A stretch of DNA of 53,735 nt from Faecousia sp. (GTDB lineage: Bacteria; Bacillota; Clostridia; Oscillospirales; Oscillospiraceae): assembly GCA_045129455.1 (NCBI GenBank), contig JBGVJN010000015.1:1-53735 (forward strand), in the 5' to 3' direction. Numbering within the stretch: the stretch's first letter is position 1; each line of letters opens with the position of its first letter. Below are positions 48,458 through 53,735 of this stretch, piece after piece. The translations under genes were made by a program, and so were the position numbers. A model generated the notes under the pieces. The model was not told the DNA's origin. It ran no database searches and saw nothing but the letters and a program-made list of their open reading frames with translations.

Positions 48458-49189
48458 ATGACACGGTTTTTTGTATCCGAAGACGAGCTTCAGCCGGATT
48501 TTTTGGTGCTGACGGGGGAAAATGCCCAGCATGCCAAGGTCCTGCGGCTGAAGGAAGGGGAGGAAGTTCTGGTCTGTGACGGTGAGGGCAGGGAGTGCCT
48601 GTGCGCCATCAGCGATGTCAGCCCGGGGCAGATCAGCCTCGTGGTAAAAAAGCGGCAGGAATCGGCCTCAGAGGCCTGTGTGAAGGTCAGCGTCTACATG
48701 GCCTACCCCAAGTCAGACAAGCTGGAGCATGTGATCCAGAAGGCAACGGAGCTGGGCGCTTATGAGATCGTGGCATTTCCTTCTGCCCGGTGCATTTCCC
48801 GCCCGGATGAGAAGAGCATTTCCAAGAAGCTGGAGCGCTGGCAGAAGATCGCGGCCTCAGCGGCGGAGCAATCCGGCCGGGGCAGGATCCCGAAGGTTCT
48901 GACCCTTCCCAGCTACAAAGCGGCTTTGGAGCGTGCCGCACAAGCTGATAAGGCCCTTCTGTTTTATGAAAATGAGCAGGCTACGACTCTGCGCATGGCC
49001 CTCAGTGCCGGCACTTATGAGACGGTCAGCCTGCTGACAGGCCCGGAAGGTGGCCTGGAGGTTTCCGAGGTGCAGCAGGCACAGGCTGCCGGGCTGCAGG
49101 TATGTACCCTGGGCAAGCGGATCCTGCGCTGCGAGACGGCACCGTTGTGCGCCCTGTCTGCGGTAATGTATGATGCCGGAGAATTCTAA
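48458..49189 (+). CDS. rsmE: 16S rRNA m3U1498 methyltransferase
   Basis: HAKVLR, QKATELG, AEQS, GPEGG and LGKRILRCETA motifs. Confidence 0.95.
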   Translation: MTRFFVSEDELQPDFLVLTGENAQHAKVLRLKEGEEVLVCDGEGRECLCAISDVSPGQISLVVKKRQESASEACVKVSVYMAYPKSDKLEHVIQKATELGAYEIVAFPSARCISRPDEKSISKKLERWQKIAASAAEQSGRGRIPKVLTLPSYKAALERAAQADKALLFYENEQATTLRMALSAGTYETVSLLTGPEGGLEVSEVQQAQAAGLQVCTLGKRILRCETAPLCALSAVMYDAGEF

Positions 49190-49227
49190 AGAAAATTGCC
49201 GCCCTTTTGGGCGGCAATTTTGCGTAT

Positions 49228-50064
49228 TTACTGCTTGTTGATATTGACATCGCCGGAAACGGTTTCGGCATGGATCTGGCAGCTGCCGTCGCCATAGACC
49301 AGTTTTCCGTTGCGGTTGTCGGTGGGCAGAGCTGTATGAAGATCACCGCTGGTGCTGTCCAGCTCCACTGTGAAGCCCAGACCGTCCGGGAGAGTCACAG
49401 TCATATCTCCGGAGACGGACTCTAAGTTGATCTTTTGGACCGTTGTGCCCAGCAGCCGAATGCTGCACTCTCCCGATACAGATTCGCACTCAAGCTCCTG
49501 TACTTCTCCGAAAAATTCCACTTCTCCGGATACCGTGTTGATGGACACTTCTTTGGCGTTGCATTCCACGGTGCAGGCAGCGGATACACCTTCCAGCTCA
49601 ATTTCATCCGCCTGCAGACCTTGAATACTGACTTCGGCGGAGACAGTGGTCAGCTGGAAGCTGCCGCATTCCCAATCTGCCGGGATATCCACCTGCAGCG
49701 TCTTGTTGGGGGTAGAGACGAAGCCGATATTCAGCTTGGGCTTGCTGTATTTGATGATCAGAGTATTGCCCTTCTGCTCCCATACCATGCGAAGATCCTC
49801 GCCGGCATTGCCCGACTCATGGAAGCGGATCTTCTGAGAATCGTCGGCAGCAGTGCGCACCTGGATGTCACCGGACACCCATTCGATATGGATGTTTTGG
49901 ATCTGTGAGGCATCCACAGCACCGTCGCCGGTGATATACTCCCCGGAAAAACCGCCCAGATCAAAGCGCACCTGTCCCACACCCAGCATGCTGAGCAGGA
50001 TGCCTGTTAGCAGCAAGATCACAATGGAATATAGAACGATGCGGATCACAGCATTGGTTTTCAT
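49228..50064 (-). CDS. DUF4097 family beta-repeat (adhesin-like) protein
   Basis: N-terminal TM helix; repeated xxTVSG/ESVSG units. Confidence 0.85.
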   Translation of the reverse strand: MKTNAVIRIVLYSIVILLLTGILLSMLGVGQVRFDLGGFSGEYITGDGAVDASQIQNIHIEWVSGDIQVRTAADDSQKIRFHESGNAGEDLRMVWEQKGNTLIIKYSKPKLNIGFVSTPNKTLQVDIPADWECGSFQLTTVSAEVSIQGLQADEIELEGVSAACTVECNAKEVSINTVSGEVEFFGEVQELECESVSGECSIRLLGTTVQKINLESVSGDMTVTLPDGLGFTVELDSTSGDLHTALPTDNRNGKLVYGDGSCQIHAETVSGDVNINKQ

Positions 50065-50210
50065 TACTTTTTTGCCTCCTTCAGATCAAAGCAGGCATTG
50101 ACCAGCCCCTGAACAGCTGCCATGATGGGGAAAATCAGCCAGGTGATGTACCATGCCTGAGTGGAAATGCTGACAGCAAAGTATATGACAAGAACGATGG
50201 CGTTATAGTA
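50064..50210 (-). pseudogene. C-terminal remnant of a membrane protein gene coupled to the DUF4097 gene
   Basis: YYNAIVLVIYFAVSISTQAWYITWLIFPIMAAVQGLVNACFDLKEAKK*, preceded by an in-frame stop; TAATG overlap. Confidence 0.55.
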
Positions 50211-50287
50211 TCATGCAGTACCTCACCTGTCATGGTATCTCGCAAAAAATAATTGCAGGGCGCACATGGGTACGCCCTGCAATATTA

Positions 50288-51367
50288 TCATACTTTCTGC
50301 TCGCAGTAGATGCAGCGGTGGATGCCGGCAGCGGCATCGGTCACCCGGCACACATGGGGCAGCTCCTGCTCCACGGCGCTGATGCACTTGGGGTTGCGGC
50401 ACACACGGTCATACACAAGCCCCTCGGTGTCGATGGCTTCCGGCTGCGGATCTTTTGCTTCCTCCAGAAGCATCAGGATCAGCGCCATGCGCATATACTT
50501 GCCGTTGAGCGCCTGGCGGAAGTAGGCGGCTCTGGGATCGTCGTCCACCTTCACGCTGATCTCATTGACACGGGGCAGGGGGTGCAGTACGCACATATTC
50601 TCCTTGCCCAGCTTCATCTTCTCCGTGTCCAGCACATAGCTGTCCTTCAGCCGCTCGTATTCCTCGGCACTGTCGAACCGTTCCCGCTGGATGCGGGTCA
50701 TGTACAGCACATCCAGCTTGGGCATGGCCTCCTCCAGAGAGAAGACCTCCTCATAGGGGATACCGTGCGCGTCCAGCACATTGCCCCGGATATACCCGGG
50801 CAGCCGCAGCTCCTCAGGGGAGATCAGCACGAAGCGGATGCCGCTGTAGCGGGCCATGGCTTCGATGAGGGAATGGACGGTGCGGCCGTACTTCAGATCG
50901 CCGCACAGGCCGATGGTCAGATCCTGCAGCCGACCCATTTCACGGGAAATGGTCAGAAGGTCTGCCAGGGTCTGGGTGGGGTGGTTATGGCCGCCGTCAC
51001 CGGCATTGATCACGGGAACGGTGGCATTGCGGGAGGCCACATAGGGAGCGCCCTCTCGGGGATGGCGGATGGCCATGATATCCGCATAGCACGACAGGAT
51101 CTTGGCGGTATCTGCCATGCTCTCACCCTTGGCGGCGGAAGAAGAGCTGGCTTCGGAGAAGCCGATGACGCTGCCGCCCAGCTCCAGCATGGCAGCTTCA
51201 AAGCTCAGCCGGGTGCGGGTGGAGGGCTCGAAGAACAAGGTAGCCAGCTTCTTATAGCGGCACGCCTCCCGGTAATTTTCGGGATGGGCAATGATGTCCT
51301 TGGCGGTGGCGATCAGCTGATCCAGCTCTTCTACGGAAAAATCCAGAATACTGATCAGACTTCTCAT
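50288..51367 (-). CDS. pyrB: Aspartate carbamoyltransferase with a fused PyrI-like Zn-binding C-terminus
   Basis: [12 protein letters not shown] and HPLPR motifs; tail CRNPKCIS...CIYCE. Confidence 0.95.
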   Translation of the reverse strand: MRSLISILDFSVEELDQLIATAKDIIAHPENYREACRYKKLATLFFEPSTRTRLSFEAAMLELGGSVIGFSEASSSSAAKGESMADTAKILSCYADIMAIRHPREGAPYVASRNATVPVINAGDGGHNHPTQTLADLLTISREMGRLQDLTIGLCGDLKYGRTVHSLIEAMARYSGIRFVLISPEELRLPGYIRGNVLDAHGIPYEEVFSLEEAMPKLDVLYMTRIQRERFDSAEEYERLKDSYVLDTEKMKLGKENMCVLHPLPRVNEISVKVDDDPRAAYFRQALNGKYMRMALILMLLEEAKDPQPEAIDTEGLVYDRVCRNPKCISAVEQELPHVCRVTDAAAGIHRCIYCEQKV

Positions 51368-52020
51368 GCCTTCGCTCCGTTCACTGCCAGATAATTCTTG
51401 ATCCGGGTCACATTTTCCTCGTTAGCGGGGTCCTCTTCCAGGTACTCGATGATGTCATACACATCCACCACGGAGTATACGGGGAAGCCGAACTGCTCCT
51501 CGATCTCCTGCATGGCACCCTTTTCGCCCTGGCCCTTTTCCTTGCGGTCGACCATGATGAAGGTGGCAGCTACCTTCACGCCCTCCAGGGCGCTCAGGAT
51601 CTGCATGGATTCCCGGATGGCGGTACCGGCGGTGATCACATCCTCGATGATGACGATCTCCTGGCCGGCCTGGGGCACATAGCCCACGAATACGCCGCCC
51701 TCACCGTGATCCTTCACTTCCTTACGGTTGAAGAAGAAGGGAACATTCAGACCGTTCTTGGACAGAGCCACGGCAGCGGAAACCGCCAGGGAAATGCCCT
51801 TGTAGGCAGGTCCGTAGAGGACAGCGTCCTTCTTGCCCAGCTTATCGAAGTAGGCCTTGGCGTAAAATTCGCCCAGCTTTGCGATCTCGTCGCCGGTCTT
51901 GATCATGCCGGCGTTGACGAAATAGGGGATCTTACGGCCGGACTTGGCGGTGAAATCACCGAACTTCAGCACACCTGCGCTCTGCAGGAACTGGATAAAT
52001 TCTCTCTTGTAGCTTTCCAT
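51364..52020 (-). CDS. pyrE: Orotate phosphoribosyltransferase
   Basis: [17 protein letters not shown] and IEDVITAG motifs. Confidence 0.96.
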   Translation of the reverse strand: MESYKREFIQFLQSAGVLKFGDFTAKSGRKIPYFVNAGMIKTGDEIAKLGEFYAKAYFDKLGKKDAVLYGPAYKGISLAVSAAVALSKNGLNVPFFFNRKEVKDHGEGGVFVGYVPQAGQEIVIIEDVITAGTAIRESMQILSALEGVKVAATFIMVDRKEKGQGEKGAMQEIEEQFGFPVYSVVDVYDIIEYLEEDPANEENVTRIKNYLAVNGAKA

Positions 52021-52032
52021 GGTGGATCCTCC

Positions 52033-52731
52033 TTAGTCGCAGAATTCGGCAACGCAGCGCTCGTAGGCAGCCACGGGGTCGGCAGCGGCGGTGATGGGAC
52101 GGCCCACCACGATGTAGTCGGAGCCGATGGCCTTGGCGGCGGCGGGGGTCATGACACGCTTCTGATCGCCCACATCGCCGTCAGCAAAGCGGACACCGGG
52201 AGTGATGGTCAGGAAGCTCTTGCCGCAGCGCTCATGCACCTTGCCGGCCTCCAGGGGGGAGCAGACGATGCCGTCCAGGCCGCTTTCAGCGGCGCAGGAT
52301 GCATAGTGCATGACAACTTCGTCAATGGGGGCGTGGATCATCAGATCGTTTTCCATGCTCTCCTGGTCAGTGGAGGTCAGCTGGGTCACGGCGATCAGCA
52401 GGGGACGGGTGCCGTCCTCCCGGGTCAGACCCTCCAGAGCAGCCTTCATCATGTTCTGGGTGCCGGCGGCGTGGAGGTTGGTGATGTCCACATCCCGACG
52501 GGACAGAACGGACATTGCCTTCTTAACGGTGTTGGGGATGTCGTGCAGCTTCAGATCCAGGAAAATCTTGTGGCCTCTGGCCTTGATCTCCCGGACGATC
52601 TGGGGACCTTCGGCATAGTAAAGCTCCATGCCGATCTTCACGAAGGGCTTTCTGCCGGTGAACTTATCCAGGAAGTTCAGGGTGGCTTCACGGCTGGCGA
52701 AGTCACAGGCTACGATTACGTCTTTTCCCAT
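52033..52731 (-). CDS. pyrF: Orotidine-5'-phosphate decarboxylase
   Basis: [15 protein letters not shown] and VVGRPI motifs. Confidence 0.96.
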   Translation of the reverse strand: MGKDVIVACDFASREATLNFLDKFTGRKPFVKIGMELYYAEGPQIVREIKARGHKIFLDLKLHDIPNTVKKAMSVLSRRDVDITNLHAAGTQNMMKAALEGLTREDGTRPLLIAVTQLTSTDQESMENDLMIHAPIDEVVMHYASCAAESGLDGIVCSPLEAGKVHERCGKSFLTITPGVRFADGDVGDQKRVMTPAAAKAIGSDYIVVGRPITAAADPVAAYERCVAEFCD

Positions 52732-53639
52732 CAGTGGGCACCTCCAATAATATCTTTTAATGCTTCAATTCTGTACTTTTTCATCACGGCAGGAAGATCC
52801 TCAACGATCTTCTTGCAGGCAAAGGGATCCACCAGGTTGGCAGCGCCCACCTCTACGGCGGTAGCACCGGCCAGCATCAGCTCGATCACATCCTCAGCCT
52901 TGCTGACACCGCCCATACCCACGATGGGGATCTGCACGGCTTCATACACCTGGTATACCATCCGTACCGCCAGAGGCAGCAGCGCAGGGCCGCTCATGCC
53001 GCCGGTCTTGTTGGCAATGATGGGCTTTTTCCTGCCCAGATCGATGCGCATACCCAGCACTGTGTTGATGAGGCTGACGGCATCGGCGCCGCCTTCCTCC
53101 ACCGCACGGGCGATGGCGCAGATATCGGTGACATTGGGGCTGAGCTTCACGATCACAGGCTTGGTGGTGACGGCCTTGACCGCCTGAGTCACCTCTTTGG
53201 CGCAGCCGGGGTCAGTACCGAAGCTCATTCCGCCGCCGTGGACATTGGGGCAGGAGATATTTACTTCCAGCCAGCCCACCTGCTCCTGCTTATCCAGCTT
53301 TTCGCAGGTCTTCACATACTGTTCGATGGAGAATCCGGAAACATTGGCCATCACCGGCTTATGGAAGAATTCCTTCATTTCCGGCAGTTCATGGGCGATC
53401 ACATGATCTACACCGGGGTTCTGCAGACCTACCGCGTTGAGCATACCACCGTCAAACTCGGCGATGCGGGGCGTGGGGTTGCCGAACCGGGGATCCAGAG
53501 TAGTGCCCTTGAAGGAGAAAGTACCGAGACAGTTGATGTCGTAAAGCTCCGCGAACTCCTTGCCGAAGCCGAAGGTGCCGGAAGCGGGGATCACCGGATT
53601 GCTAAGCTCGATGCCGCAAAGATTGACCTTTGTGCTCAT
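52731..53639 (-). CDS. pyrD: Dihydroorotate dehydrogenase, family 1B catalytic subunit
   Basis: [24 protein letters not shown] and GGMSGP motifs. Confidence 0.96.
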   Translation of the reverse strand: MSTKVNLCGIELSNPVIPASGTFGFGKEFAELYDINCLGTFSFKGTTLDPRFGNPTPRIAEFDGGMLNAVGLQNPGVDHVIAHELPEMKEFFHKPVMANVSGFSIEQYVKTCEKLDKQEQVGWLEVNISCPNVHGGGMSFGTDPGCAKEVTQAVKAVTTKPVIVKLSPNVTDICAIARAVEEGGADAVSLINTVLGMRIDLGRKKPIIANKTGGMSGPALLPLAVRMVYQVYEAVQIPIVGMGGVSKAEDVIELMLAGATAVEVGAANLVDPFACKKIVEDLPAVMKKYRIEALKDIIGGAH

Positions 53640-53735
53640 CCGAACACCTCCTCACGCGCAAATACCGGGCCGTCCTTGCAGACCCGCTTGTAGCCGGCGT
53701 TGGTCTGGATGGTGCAGCCCATGCAGGCGCCGAAG
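53636..53735 (-). CDS. pyrK: Dihydroorotate dehydrogenase electron-transfer subunit (3' end only)
   Basis: FGACMGC..RVCKDGPVF; ATGA overlap with pyrD. Confidence 0.9.
   Translation of the reverse strand, partial: FGACMGCTIQTNAGYKRVCKDGPVFAREEVFG

Overview
About 54 kb of chromosome from a high-GC Firmicute (Clostridia; Oscillospiraceae-like by inference from gene style and repeats). Positions 1-3549 are the right end of an integrated mobile element. It has a Cro/C1-type switch with three operators, small hypothetical genes, a paralogous gene pair and a gene bracketed by two 58-bp palindromes, and it ends at a 3' fragment of tRNA-Val(CAC), the att site. Next (3550-4930) comes a structured repeat region that copies the tRNA 3' end in both orientations and appears to have been split by a ~1-kb low-GC cassette. 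A related repeat arrangement sits behind tRNA-Leu(GAG) at ~48 kb. The rest is mostly core genome: a surface-glycosylation operon, a MATE transporter, a sortase-anchored starch-binding protein, a Mn riboswitch with mntP, a Trp T-box with an orphan trpB, dut, copA, truA, a Cys T-box with cysS-polA-rimI-tsaD, rsmE and the pyrK-pyrD-pyrF-pyrE-pyrB operon. The most notable unexplained items are a ~490-nt promoter- and terminator-bounded structured non-coding transcript (19.04-19.54 kb), the tRNA-mimicking repeat/cassette system, a DnaA/Spo0A-box cluster with no dnaA nearby (44.2-44.5 kb), and a radical SAM gene paired with a Cys-rich membrane protein (45.1-46.2 kb). All functional calls come from motif recognition by eye; no database searches were run.
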